Assembly: GCA_938003565.1 (NCBI GenBank)
Contig: CALKYB010000300.1
Span: 1 to 27,209 of the forward strand
Length of the DNA stretch: 27,209 nt
DNA from: an uncultured bacterium
GTDB taxonomy: Bacteria > Bdellovibrionota_C > UBA2361 > SZUA-149 > CALKYB01
Direction: 5' to 3'
Shown piece after piece: positions 8,473-17,656 of the stretch. The position numbers were made by a program, and so were the translations under genes. Position 1 is the stretch's first letter, and every line of letters begins with the position of its first letter. The notes under the pieces are model-generated. The model saw only the letters and a list, made by a program, of their open reading frames with translations, was not told where the DNA came from and searched no databases.

Positions 8473-8904
8473 TTATCCTAACTCCTTTTTCTGGGTAGCT
8501 TCATCATCTTTGGAGGCCTTATCATCGACCGTTTCAATCTCTATCTCGGTATCAAAACACTTGCTAAAAAAGAAATGTGGAACCAATGGGTAGTTTTTAG
8601 GTATTGGCCCTCGTGTCTCGCAGCCAACCAAATGATCACTTTCTCTGATATAGTTTTTCGGCAAATGAGCTTTGTCGAAAGTTCTAAACGAAAAGTCATC
8701 ACTAGAAAGTATAATACTAGATTCAATATCTTCCCGTAGTACTAAAACTTTACTAGTGGAAGCAGCTAACCTTTGTGAATTATCAACAGGAGCATGCCCA
8801 CCATTCAAATAGCCCACAATTAGACTCGCCAAGGCCAAGACGGCAATCAACGGAACCTGCCAGTAAATACCGGCCGATCTAAATATTGTAGGGTGAACTC
8901 TCAC
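8473..8904 (-). CDS. SAF-domain protein, CpaB/RcpC-like but short (N-terminal TM + SAF only)
   Basis: TM segment PLIAVLALASLIVGYL, then VLVLREDIESSIILSSDDF...HLPKNYI...LVGCETRGPIPKNYPL, which fits a SAF domain. Its stop abuts the tadA-like ATG (TAAATG). Confidence 0.65.
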   Translation of the reverse strand: MRVHPTIFRSAGIYWQVPLIAVLALASLIVGYLNGGHAPVDNSQRLAASTSKVLVLREDIESSIILSSDDFSFRTFDKAHLPKNYIRESDHLVGCETRGPIPKNYPLVPHFFFSKCFDTEIEIETVDDKASKDDEATQKKELG

Positions 8905-8936
8905 ACTAGGTGCCCAAAGCTAAAAGTTTAAAACTC

Positions 8937-8963
8937 GAGCCAGTTCACATTCAAGCCTGGCTC
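8937..8963. promoter_or_regulatory. Palindrome GAGCCA-N15-TGGCTC, copy 1 (upstream of the Tad-like cluster)
   Basis: gagccag-ttcacattcaagc-ctggctc, 32 nt before the GTG of the SAF gene. Confidence 0.45.
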
Positions 8964-9128
8964 TTCTATGCTGATAGTTTGGATTAGGCGAAGTTCGTTA
9001 TAGATTCCGAAACTCCTAGGCAGCGATAAGTATCTGTATTTACAAGACTTACCACGGGCAAATAGTCATTTTCGCCGTAGCCACAATTATAATTTTGCTA
9101 CACAACACCTAGAGATAGGATACTTTTG

Positions 9129-10295
9129 CTAGCTAAGAGCACTTCTAGGGGATAGTCGATTGCTATACCACATCCCTAGCCAAGTAAGCCCCAACAAAAG
9201 AGGAACCCATATTCCAGTAAGTAAACTAGGGTTCAATGAAGTTATAAAAACTCCAGCGATATTCAACACAATCAGTAAATATACATCAAAGCGCTTTTCA
9301 GAAAATTCAAGATCTATACGGGATATCCTACTAAACAAATAAAGGGAAAGGGGCAGCAATAGAGTATACTCGTAGAAAAAAATATACGGACAAAATAGAG
9401 AGCTTAGTAGCAAGGTAAGTAAGAAACCATTATTATCTAGTTTCAACTTACCCTTGAGAAATAGTAACGTAACCAGCAGAATTGCCCCACCTGGCAATAT
9501 GAAACTAGGCCAACCATATATTTCGCCTGTCACATTTTGAAGAAACAGTTTCAAAACTGAGGGCAGAGATGAATTTACGTAGTTAAGTGGATTTAGTTCA
9601 ATACTCCGCCAATTGTAAAATATCTCTGGCCGCAGCACTAGAACAGCTCCATTTAGAAATAGAAATCCAAGCAAGCCAGAAACCAGAAAAACATAGTTTC
9701 TCCGCTTAAAACTCTCCAAAATCAGCAATAAACCTAGTAAGAATACACCTTGGGGTTTTATACTTAAAACCGAACAGGCAATCCCAGCTAGCAGAGGGCG
9801 TGAATAGAAATTCTTGAAAGTAAACAAACAACAAAACAAAAGTAGGAAGGAGTTTTGCCCTACATGAAGGAGATGAAATATAGGTTGGTGCAATATAGCA
9901 AGTAAACTTAACACTCCAAAAGAACATTTACTGTTAAGGAATATATCTCGGAACGAGACTACTGAGAGGAGTAAAAACAAAACAGTTGAAAACTTCCAAA
10001 TCAATGTGGAAACAATAAAAGTTGAGGAGAAAAAGGGAATAAATATCGGAATGCTCCAAGGCGGATTTAGAAAAACTTGAGGCGAAGTCTGCGAGCTATT
10101 CTCCAACTGCTGTACCTCTAGTATTCTCTCTGGATCGTAGGGATTCTCTCCATTGACTATATTTTGAACACCAGCCCAAAAAGCAATTGAATCTTTCTTT
10201 CCAAATTCAGACACCCCAAAGAATAAATCCAAGGACCACAAAAGTGCAGTGAGACACACTAGCAAAACAGTAAAAACATATTTTTGTGAATTCAT
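9129..10295 (-). CDS. GT87/DUF2029-like GT-C fold polyprenol-phosphate glycosyltransferase
   Basis: DSIAFWAG..GENPYD, FLNPPW, GQNSFL, LSIKPQ and FFYEY motifs; multi-TM. Start reassigned to ATG 10295 (MNSQK) because AAGGTGG precedes it and the longer ORF overlaps the upstream gene. Confidence 0.8.
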   Translation of the reverse strand: MNSQKYVFTVLLVCLTALLWSLDLFFGVSEFGKKDSIAFWAGVQNIVNGENPYDPERILEVQQLENSSQTSPQVFLNPPWSIPIFIPFFSSTFIVSTLIWKFSTVLFLLLSVVSFRDIFLNSKCSFGVLSLLAILHQPIFHLLHVGQNSFLLLFCCLFTFKNFYSRPLLAGIACSVLSIKPQGVFLLGLLLILESFKRRNYVFLVSGLLGFLFLNGAVLVLRPEIFYNWRSIELNPLNYVNSSLPSVLKLFLQNVTGEIYGWPSFILPGGAILLVTLLFLKGKLKLDNNGFLLTLLLSSLFCPYIFFYEYTLLLPLSLYLFSRISRIDLEFSEKRFDVYLLIVLNIAGVFITSLNPSLLTGIWVPLLLGLTWLGMWYSNRLSPRSALS

Positions 10296-10305
10296 TAAAA
10301 CCACC

Positions 10306-12057
10306 TTAGCTGTCGCAAAAATACTCTTTCTTAAAAGCTTTATAATCAATATCTGAGAAAATTTGAACAGGAGTAGTTTCCGGAAAACCAAGAGAAAGAT
10401 CGAACACCTTAAGGCTTCTCTCTTCAACACTATAGTTATATTTCCTATCGCCTCGCACCACTACGATTTCAGCACTCCCGTAGGGTTGGGCAAGAAGGTG
10501 GCAATCGCTATAAACTGAGGAAGATTCGTTTCGAACTAAAGAAGAAAAAGATTTAGTCCCCTCGGCTCCATTTAGCAAATCGATCACCGTTTCAGGAAAA
10601 TGGGATAGGCCAATTCGACTATCAATCACTTGCCCCACTCGATATTTCTTAAGGTCCTCTACTGGTGGTAAGTATAAAAAGGGAACTAAAAAATTCTCAG
10701 ATTTAGCGAGCTGATCGTTCGTAGTGTTGCCGTGAATACCAACTGGCCATGAATGGTCCCCATAAATAAACAAATGGGTTTTATCATTTCTATATTTTTT
10801 AAATTCTTCATAAAACACATTCAAGCAATGATCTTGTTGCACAAAGGAGTTTAGATAGGCTTCAATAAAGTTAGTATAAGGTTGAAAAGGATTTAATTTC
10901 TCATACTTTTTAAGCCCTCTAAAAGGATAGTGATGAGAACTAACCTTTAAATAGACCAGCTTGGAGCTAACGCCTGCATAATTATTTCTCAAGTGCTCAA
11001 AAGCCTTTGGGTAGAAAACACAATCGTCAACCCCCCACTTATGAATCACGGACTTATCTTCTGCAATGGAAGCATCATGCAATTCACTAAAGCCAATTTT
11101 CTTAATAGTAGCATCTAAGTTAGTATATTTGGGATTTGAGAAGGCCCAATAGAAAATAGTATCGTAGTCAGACTGTTTCAAAATTTCTGGCAAGCATAAG
11201 TTACTTATCTTGTTTGGGGTGTATGATAGAGATCTCGAAATGTTGTTTGTTATACCGCAAAGAGACGAAATTATTGAACGATTAGACTGTATAGAATTGC
11301 TCCAAGCGTACGGGAAAAAAACACCGTCTTTTGCGATTTTTTTCAACTCTGGCATATATTCCCCATCATAGATTTTCCCATCTATTGTAGGCGCAGAGTT
11401 GAGGGCTACTGAGTTTGCTGACTCAATCTGAAGTACAAATACACTCTCATCTGAGTTGGTGTGAAGATGGCTATTGTCGGGAATTTCAGGCAGCACGATA
11501 GTTCGATGTCGAAACAAATCTAGAGAATTCAAGATTTCCGAAACCAAAAGTCTGTCTTGAGACGGAAGAAAATACCAGCAAAATGTGAAAACTGGTAGCA
11601 AAACGAAAAGAAAAGCAGGACGAAAAAAGAACCATCTCTGACTCTTAAGATTTCCCCCCACCTTAAAATACCCCCAAGTTAAAAGAGCTAAGCCAAGTGC
11701 TAACAACACCAGTGAGATCAAAAACAGCCTGGGGAAGCTGGCCTGAAGTGTAAAAAACAAGTCGTCAAAAGAGTCAATCGCGTAGAGAAGGTCAGGCTGA
11801 GCACCACTATACTCCCAACTCAACATCAACACAAAATTGGCAATTATAACTAAAGCCAATATTGGACAAAGCAAAAACCATAACCTCGTAAGTTTTTGCA
11901 ACACAACAAGAAACAAAAGACCTATTCCAAAAAGTCCTGTGAAGTCAAAAAATGTTACAATAGCGTCTGCTGGAGCTAGTGAATTTTTAGATATTAAAAA
12001 CCAGGACGGTATCAATGCTCCGATAACAAACAATATTAATAGATTGAGTTTGAACAA
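10306..12057 (-). CDS. LTA synthase/sulfatase-like (alkaline phosphatase superfamily) membrane protein
   Basis: About 5 N-terminal TMs, then VLQIES, QSNRSIISSLCG (putative Ser nucleophile), HHYPF and YGDH metal-ligand motifs. Start reassigned to TTG 12057 after AGGTGA; the ORF track gives 12168. Confidence 0.8.
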   Translation of the reverse strand: MFKLNLLILFVIGALIPSWFLISKNSLAPADAIVTFFDFTGLFGIGLLFLVVLQKLTRLWFLLCPILALVIIANFVLMLSWEYSGAQPDLLYAIDSFDDLFFTLQASFPRLFLISLVLLALGLALLTWGYFKVGGNLKSQRWFFFRPAFLFVLLPVFTFCWYFLPSQDRLLVSEILNSLDLFRHRTIVLPEIPDNSHLHTNSDESVFVLQIESANSVALNSAPTIDGKIYDGEYMPELKKIAKDGVFFPYAWSNSIQSNRSIISSLCGITNNISRSLSYTPNKISNLCLPEILKQSDYDTIFYWAFSNPKYTNLDATIKKIGFSELHDASIAEDKSVIHKWGVDDCVFYPKAFEHLRNNYAGVSSKLVYLKVSSHHYPFRGLKKYEKLNPFQPYTNFIEAYLNSFVQQDHCLNVFYEEFKKYRNDKTHLFIYGDHSWPVGIHGNTTNDQLAKSENFLVPFLYLPPVEDLKKYRVGQVIDSRIGLSHFPETVIDLLNGAEGTKSFSSLVRNESSSVYSDCHLLAQPYGSAEIVVVRGDRKYNYSVEERSLKVFDLSLGFPETTPVQIFSDIDYKAFKKEYFCDS

Positions 12058-12061
12058 AATT

Positions 12062-12934
12062 TCACCTACCAAGACTAATTTGCTTTGGGTTACTATAGCT
12101 TTTAGCTGACAAGTTCGATGAATAGATCCCAAAAACTGAGCTGTTAAATAAGTCCTCCGCTGTTTCAAACGAGTTTACTGGATGTACAAAACTAGGGACT
12201 CCTAACTTTGAGAGTTCTTTGGCAAATTCTTCGCTCTTAGAACCGAAGGGATATGTTACAGCTGAAACCCTATTGACCTTCAAATAATCAAAAACTCGCT
12301 TTTCAGATCCCCCACTCCTATAAAGGGTGTAGATTACGTAAGGAAACTTAAAACTACCCATTGCTTCTTCTAAGTTTTTCACACCATCACCATAAATCTG
12401 TGGGACGATTCGATTCAATGGTTTAGCACTATAACCCTGAGATAGCTTGACAATCCGTTGAATCATCCTACCGAAGTCACCTTTGGTATCCAAAACCAAA
12501 AAAGCATCTGGATGTTTAGAAAACTCGAAAATTAGATCTTTGGCACTAAGGCTCGACAATCTACCGGAATACTTTTTTTGATTAAACTCTCGAAAGTCCG
12601 TCTGATCTATTGCCGCAGATAGCCCTAGACTTTTCTCCATACCTTGATGAAAGCAAACTAAGCGATCGTCTCTAGTAAACTCCAAATCAACCTCGAACAC
12701 TCTAAATCCCAAAGAATATCCCGCTTCAAAACCTTTCAAACTATTTGTGTAAGGTTCAAAACCTTCGGGAGAGAGAGCATGAAGAATAAATTTACTCTTA
12801 TCAAAAGGTTGCAAAGGCTGCTCTAAGACCTTTGAAATTCGACTGCCATAGGGGTGTCGAAGCCTATAGTTAAAAAGAAGGCAAAAAATTATTAGAAAGA
12901 CTAGTAAAAAGAGTCTGGCATTTTTATAGCTCAT
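12062..12934 (-). CDS. Glycerophosphodiester phosphodiesterase (GDPD) family protein with N-terminal membrane anchor
   Basis: ILHAL..YTNSLKGF..GFRVFEVDLEFTRDDRLVCFH and VLDTK motifs; N-terminal hydrophobic LFLLVFLIIFCLLF. Confidence 0.85.
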   Translation of the reverse strand: MSYKNARLFLLVFLIIFCLLFNYRLRHPYGSRISKVLEQPLQPFDKSKFILHALSPEGFEPYTNSLKGFEAGYSLGFRVFEVDLEFTRDDRLVCFHQGMEKSLGLSAAIDQTDFREFNQKKYSGRLSSLSAKDLIFEFSKHPDAFLVLDTKGDFGRMIQRIVKLSQGYSAKPLNRIVPQIYGDGVKNLEEAMGSFKFPYVIYTLYRSGGSEKRVFDYLKVNRVSAVTYPFGSKSEEFAKELSKLGVPSFVHPVNSFETAEDLFNSSVFGIYSSNLSAKSYSNPKQISLGR

Positions 12935-13159
12935 TGAATTAGAAGGGAAATAGATACTCTAGGGACGAGAGTAATTCTAGCCGCTAAGTAGAGAATGCAC
13001 CACCCAAAAGAAAATCCTTCACCCGCTAGTCCAGAAATTCAGGCTTATCACCACTTTAAATAAGTAAATGTCTACACATTCAGTGTCTATTTAATAATAC
13101 TACATACTGAGCCTCAATTAAATTTCGGTATAGACGACTTTTCAATCAGATGGGTATAT

Positions 13160-13177
13160 GCAGTGCGTTAGCACTGC
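13160..13177. other. Perfect 7-bp hairpin GCAGTGC-gtta-GCACTGC in the GDPD/sspB divergent intergenic region
   Basis: Read directly; function unknown. Confidence 0.4.
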
Positions 13178-13264
13178 TATAGCTCTTTAAGGGTCTTTTC
13201 TTTTCAAACTCAATTAAGTATTGAAAAGCTCAAATATGACTTCTTTTTTTTTTGGAAATTAAAT

Positions 13265-13762
13265 ATGTCAGACGAACCCACAAAAATTGATTTTTCTCAA
13301 AAAGAAAAATACGATTTTTTTAACTCGAATATTGATCAGTTCGATATTCTAATCCAACTTAATGCACGGCAAGAAGACTGTATTCTCCCTTCACACGTAA
13401 AGGGAGATCACAGTCTTACCCTCAAGATGAGCAATGCCTTTGTTTACCCGCCGCAATATGACCGACTTAAAGTCGTAGCCAATCTTAAGTTTAATGGTGA
13501 GTATTTCGAGTGTTCAATTCCCTGGGGTGCTATCTGGGCAATGTCTGCGGGCGATGAAAACCAAAAGCTTTGGCAAAAGGATATGCCCGCCGAAGTTGCG
13601 GTTAGCATTGCTAAGGACATCCTAAAACAAGCCGGAAGAACAATTCAAGAAAAATTAGGACTGGCCAAAAGCTCTAAAGAAACATTAGAGGAAGAGCCAG
13701 AAAAGAAAATTAAAAACACCGCTAAAACTAAAAAAGGCTCTCATTTAAAACGCATTAAGTAG
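13265..13762 (+). CDS. sspB: SspB-like ClpXP specificity-enhancing adaptor
   Basis: Core ANLKFNGEYFECSIPWGAIWAM, followed by a charged disordered tail and C-terminal HLKRIK resembling the ClpX-binding peptide. Confidence 0.75.
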   Translation: MSDEPTKIDFSQKEKYDFFNSNIDQFDILIQLNARQEDCILPSHVKGDHSLTLKMSNAFVYPPQYDRLKVVANLKFNGEYFECSIPWGAIWAMSAGDENQKLWQKDMPAEVAVSIAKDILKQAGRTIQEKLGLAKSSKETLEEEPEKKIKNTAKTKKGSHLKRIK

Positions 13763-13770
13763 AACTACCC

Positions 13771-16700
13771 CTACTGAGAGGCAATCCACTCCTTTGCAGC
13801 AGAAAAAGCCAAAATCCAAGGCGAAAAGCTGGCTGGCTCGATTAAATCATTAGTTTCTTGATAGAGCCAAGGCCGGTAAGGCCAATGCCAGGGTCGAATA
13901 CTTCTTTCTATATGAGGCATCATGGCCAAATGTCTACCATTCTTAGAAACAACTCCAGCTATATTCTCTAATGACCCATTAGGATTGGCTGGATAGTTAG
14001 AATAAGTATACCTAAGGGGAACATCAAAGCTGGACCCATCGCCGGAGCACTCAAACCTCCCTTCAGCGTGAGCAACCCAAGCCCCAAGGCGCGAACCAAC
14101 AAGAGGTTTCAACATGATGCTTGAGCTATCCTGAACATCTAAATTAACAAAATTCGATTCAAACTTACCTGACTCATTGTGAGCCAAATTAATCTTATCC
14201 TTCTTGCCATCCACAACAATATCCAAGAGACCCATCAGCTGGCAACCATTGCAAACCCCAAGAGAGAGAGTATCAGGCCTTGCTAAAAACCCCTGAAGAG
14301 CAGACATCGCTTTTTGATTGTATAGAAAAGATCCCGCCCAACCTTTCGCAGCGCCCAATACATCACTATTGGTAAATCCCCCAGGAAAAACTAGAAAAGA
14401 AATGTCACTCAGGTCCTCCTGGCCACTGGTCAACTCGTGCATGGTAACATCTTTGACCGCAAACCCTGCTGCATGTAAGGCAAAAGCCATTTCCCGCTCG
14501 CCATTACTTCCCTTGTCTCGAACCACCGCGGCCTGAACGGAAGAATTAGAAACTAAGAGTGGATCAATACCTTTGGATTCTAAAATTTCAAGAAAATTAT
14601 CTGGAAATTTAAACTCTAGTTTGCTCTGAGAAAGAGCGGCCTGACGTTCTTGAGCTTTTCCAGAACCAGTTTGCTTAGCATCTAAAAGAGCAGATGGGCG
14701 AAACCATATATCTCGAAACGCAGCTAGATATTCCGACAACTTCAAGGTTTGAAGCTCTAATTCAAAAAGATTTCCCCCCACAGCTCCAAGAGTAAATGCT
14801 TCTAAACCAGCCTCCTCAAATAGTTTAAGCAAAGAATCTAATTCATCATTCTGAACTTGAAGCACTACTGCGGGCTTCTCTGTAAAAAGAAATTTGGCCG
14901 ACTTCGACTCTGGTACTTTAAGTGAACAGCCTAAATCACCGCCAAAAGCCATCTCAAGGACTGTTGTAACAACACCTCCAGCCGACACATCATGACCGGC
15001 CAAAACTCTACCATCCGCTACTAAACTCTGAATAAGTTCAAAGCCAGTTTTAAAGTTAGTTGCATCTTCAACATCTGGAGCAATATCACCGATTAGCCCC
15101 AAAGTTTGCGCGAAACTACTTCCACCAAGGTTATCCTCAAGCTGGGAGGATAAGTTTATATAAAGAAGACTAGAAGACAGATTCGATTTTAAATCAGCCG
15201 AAACAGTTTTGTGAATATCCTCACAGGTGGCGGAGGCAGAGATGACTACAGTGCCTGGAGCTCGAACTTCTAGCCCATCATCATAGTTCATTGTCATCGA
15301 AAGAGAATCTTTTCCAGTAGGAACTGGTATATCCAGAGCTAGGGCAAAATCACCAACCGCTTCTACCGCCCGATACAATCGACTATTTTCACCAGGTCGC
15401 TTCGCTGGCCACATCCAGTTAGCGCTTAGAGCAACTGTCTTAAAACCATCTTCCAATTTCGCCCAGACTAAATTGGTCAGGGCCTCTGCGATCGCCAGTC
15501 TCGAGCCCGCTCGCTCATCAATCAAAGCTGGCACCGGCGCACTACCTATAGCAGTGGCTATTCCTTGAGCTCCTGTGTAACTGATAGCTGTTACGCCAAC
15601 GTCGTTAATCGGAAGTTGAAGGGGTCCAGCACACTGCTGTCCAGCAACGAGTCCAGTCACACTTCTATCAACTTTATTCGTGAGCCAATCTTTGCAAGCA
15701 ACCCCCTCGAGCGAAAGAACCCGCTGAATAGCAAGCTCCAATTCAGAGGCATCCTTAAAATCACAATCTACCGGTTGAATATCTAGAGCCTGAGGGTCCC
15801 CATTCAATACAGTCTTTGGCGTAGAACCAAATAAAACATCTAGTGGAAAATCTACAACTGGATCCTTACTCTGCTCAGAAACAAACTTTAACTTATCGTC
15901 ACTACTAACTCTGCCGACAACATACATTGGGGCCCTCTCACGAGCACAAAGCTGCTCGAGTCGAGAAAGTGCCTTTTGGGGGATAATAAGTCCCATCCTC
16001 TCTTGAGACTCGTTTGAGAGAATCTCTTTAATAGAAAGTGTCGGATCTCCCAAAGGTAAATCATCTACGCAAATCACACCTCCTGTATCCTCAACCAACT
16101 CCGCCAAACAATTCATATGTCCTCCTGCCCCATGGTCATGGACTAAACGAATCGGATTATCCTCCGACTCGACCAGAGATCTAATGACATTATAAACCCG
16201 CTTTTGCATCTCGGGGTTAGGTCGCTGAACTGCCGAAAGCTCTAACTCAGTTGAAACAGCACCGCCATCCACGGAACTCACAGAACTACCTGCCATACCT
16301 ATACGGTAATTATCTCCACCAAGAACAACGACCAACTCATCTTTTTCGGGAATGCTCTTTATCGCATTCTCTTTCGTGCTATAGCCAATCCCTCCGGCCA
16401 GCATAATGGTTCGATCATAAGCATACTGAGCCCGAGACGAGTTCCCCTCGAAAGTAAGAAGTGAGCCGGTAATTAAAGGTTGGCCAAACTTATTACCAAA
16501 GTCAGATGCACCGTTAGATGCTTTGATCAGAATATCGAGGGGAGATTGAAACTTCCAATCTCTCTCACAAAAACGACTCTCCCAATGAGAAGCTAGAGAA
16601 TTCTTAAGTCGAGGATAAGAAGTCATATACACTGCAGAACCTGCCAGGGGCAAACTACCCTTACCGCCGGCCATTCTATCGCGAATCTCCCCACCACTCC

Positions 16701-17493
16701 CAGTACTGGCTCCACTAAACGGCTCCACAGTAGTAGGAAAGTTGTGAGTTTCCGCTTTGAGCGAGACAACTGTGTCCTTTTTTATAAACTGATAAAACCG
16801 CTCGTTTCCTGGGATGAACAGATTCACCTCAGGTCCTCCCATAAAAGCTACATTATCCTTATAAGCAGAAACGAGGTTTCGCGCTCCCGAGCCTTTTGAA
16901 GTCTTTTTGATATGCTCAAAGAGCGAAAGATCTTGAGCTTCGCCAGAAATTACGAACTGGCCGTTAAAAATTTTATGTCGACAGTGCTCCGAATTGATTT
17001 GGGCAAAGCCAAACAATTCAGCATCGGATAAGTCCCGTCCAATATCTTTCGTATAGTTCTCCAAATAAACGATTTCTTCTTCAGAAAGAGCCAATCCTTC
17101 TTTCTGATTGTAGGAGCGAATATCTTTGACTGAAATAATTTCCTGTGGCTCGAAATCTGACTGCAAAGAATCTAAATCTAATCCCTCATAAATCATTTGA
17201 GTCATTGGATCGCAAGACTCTCCCGCAGAAGAGTGATTGTGCTGAAGGCTTTCAAATTTTTCAATTCTGGCCAACCCCGAAACCCCCATATTCTCAGCAA
17301 TCTCCACGGCACAGGTAGACCAAGGAGTTATCATTTCTTTTCGCGGACCAAGAAAATGTCCTGAAAAACTCTCGTTCTCAGAGGGGGTCGCCTCCAGCAT
17401 CCAAGCCAAAGCATCTATGCATCTAGAATCAAGCGAACCGTTGGCTTCTACCAAATAGATGGAATTTTTCTCGTGAAAGAAACAGCGTTTCAT
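13771..17493 (-). CDS. purL: Phosphoribosylformylglycinamidine synthase, single-chain large PurL
   Basis: QINSEHCRHKIFN, KAETHNFPT, GSGGEIRD, HDHGAGG and SNESQERM motifs; glutaminase triad GVCNGCQ / MMPHIER; 1240 aa. Confidence 0.98.
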   Translation of the reverse strand: MKRCFFHEKNSIYLVEANGSLDSRCIDALAWMLEATPSENESFSGHFLGPRKEMITPWSTCAVEIAENMGVSGLARIEKFESLQHNHSSAGESCDPMTQMIYEGLDLDSLQSDFEPQEIISVKDIRSYNQKEGLALSEEEIVYLENYTKDIGRDLSDAELFGFAQINSEHCRHKIFNGQFVISGEAQDLSLFEHIKKTSKGSGARNLVSAYKDNVAFMGGPEVNLFIPGNERFYQFIKKDTVVSLKAETHNFPTTVEPFSGASTGSGGEIRDRMAGGKGSLPLAGSAVYMTSYPRLKNSLASHWESRFCERDWKFQSPLDILIKASNGASDFGNKFGQPLITGSLLTFEGNSSRAQYAYDRTIMLAGGIGYSTKENAIKSIPEKDELVVVLGGDNYRIGMAGSSVSSVDGGAVSTELELSAVQRPNPEMQKRVYNVIRSLVESEDNPIRLVHDHGAGGHMNCLAELVEDTGGVICVDDLPLGDPTLSIKEILSNESQERMGLIIPQKALSRLEQLCARERAPMYVVGRVSSDDKLKFVSEQSKDPVVDFPLDVLFGSTPKTVLNGDPQALDIQPVDCDFKDASELELAIQRVLSLEGVACKDWLTNKVDRSVTGLVAGQQCAGPLQLPINDVGVTAISYTGAQGIATAIGSAPVPALIDERAGSRLAIAEALTNLVWAKLEDGFKTVALSANWMWPAKRPGENSRLYRAVEAVGDFALALDIPVPTGKDSLSMTMNYDDGLEVRAPGTVVISASATCEDIHKTVSADLKSNLSSSLLYINLSSQLEDNLGGSSFAQTLGLIGDIAPDVEDATNFKTGFELIQSLVADGRVLAGHDVSAGGVVTTVLEMAFGGDLGCSLKVPESKSAKFLFTEKPAVVLQVQNDELDSLLKLFEEAGLEAFTLGAVGGNLFELELQTLKLSEYLAAFRDIWFRPSALLDAKQTGSGKAQERQAALSQSKLEFKFPDNFLEILESKGIDPLLVSNSSVQAAVVRDKGSNGEREMAFALHAAGFAVKDVTMHELTSGQEDLSDISFLVFPGGFTNSDVLGAAKGWAGSFLYNQKAMSALQGFLARPDTLSLGVCNGCQLMGLLDIVVDGKKDKINLAHNESGKFESNFVNLDVQDSSSIMLKPLVGSRLGAWVAHAEGRFECSGDGSSFDVPLRYTYSNYPANPNGSLENIAGVVSKNGRHLAMMPHIERSIRPWHWPYRPWLYQETNDLIEPASFSPWILAFSAAKEWIASQ

Positions 17494-17656
17494 AGATATA
17501 TCAAATAATTAAAATGCCTTTTGAAATGCGGAAAACACTAGCATTCATTTAATTGATTAGGAAGCTGGGGAGGACTCAACCTCACAAAAACCCCGGATTC
17601 TCATGCTAGCAGAATCGACTCTATCAATAAAAACTCTCCACCTCGAGGATTGCGGC

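Noticed and set aside
8905-9128. Hidden Flp pilin gene upstream of the Tad-like cluster
   Set aside because: On a manual read of the minus strand, the only ATG ORF noticed was 6 codons long and no prepilin G/TxxEY pattern was seen.
10296-10430. Extended N-termini from the ORF track (10430, 12168, 20247 starts)
   Set aside because: They overlap upstream genes extensively; downstream starts with SD sequences or tight coupling fit better.
17494-17656. Purine/ZTP/PRPP riboswitch upstream of purL
   Set aside because: No recognisable consensus elements; only a 6-bp hairpin (gattct/agaatc).
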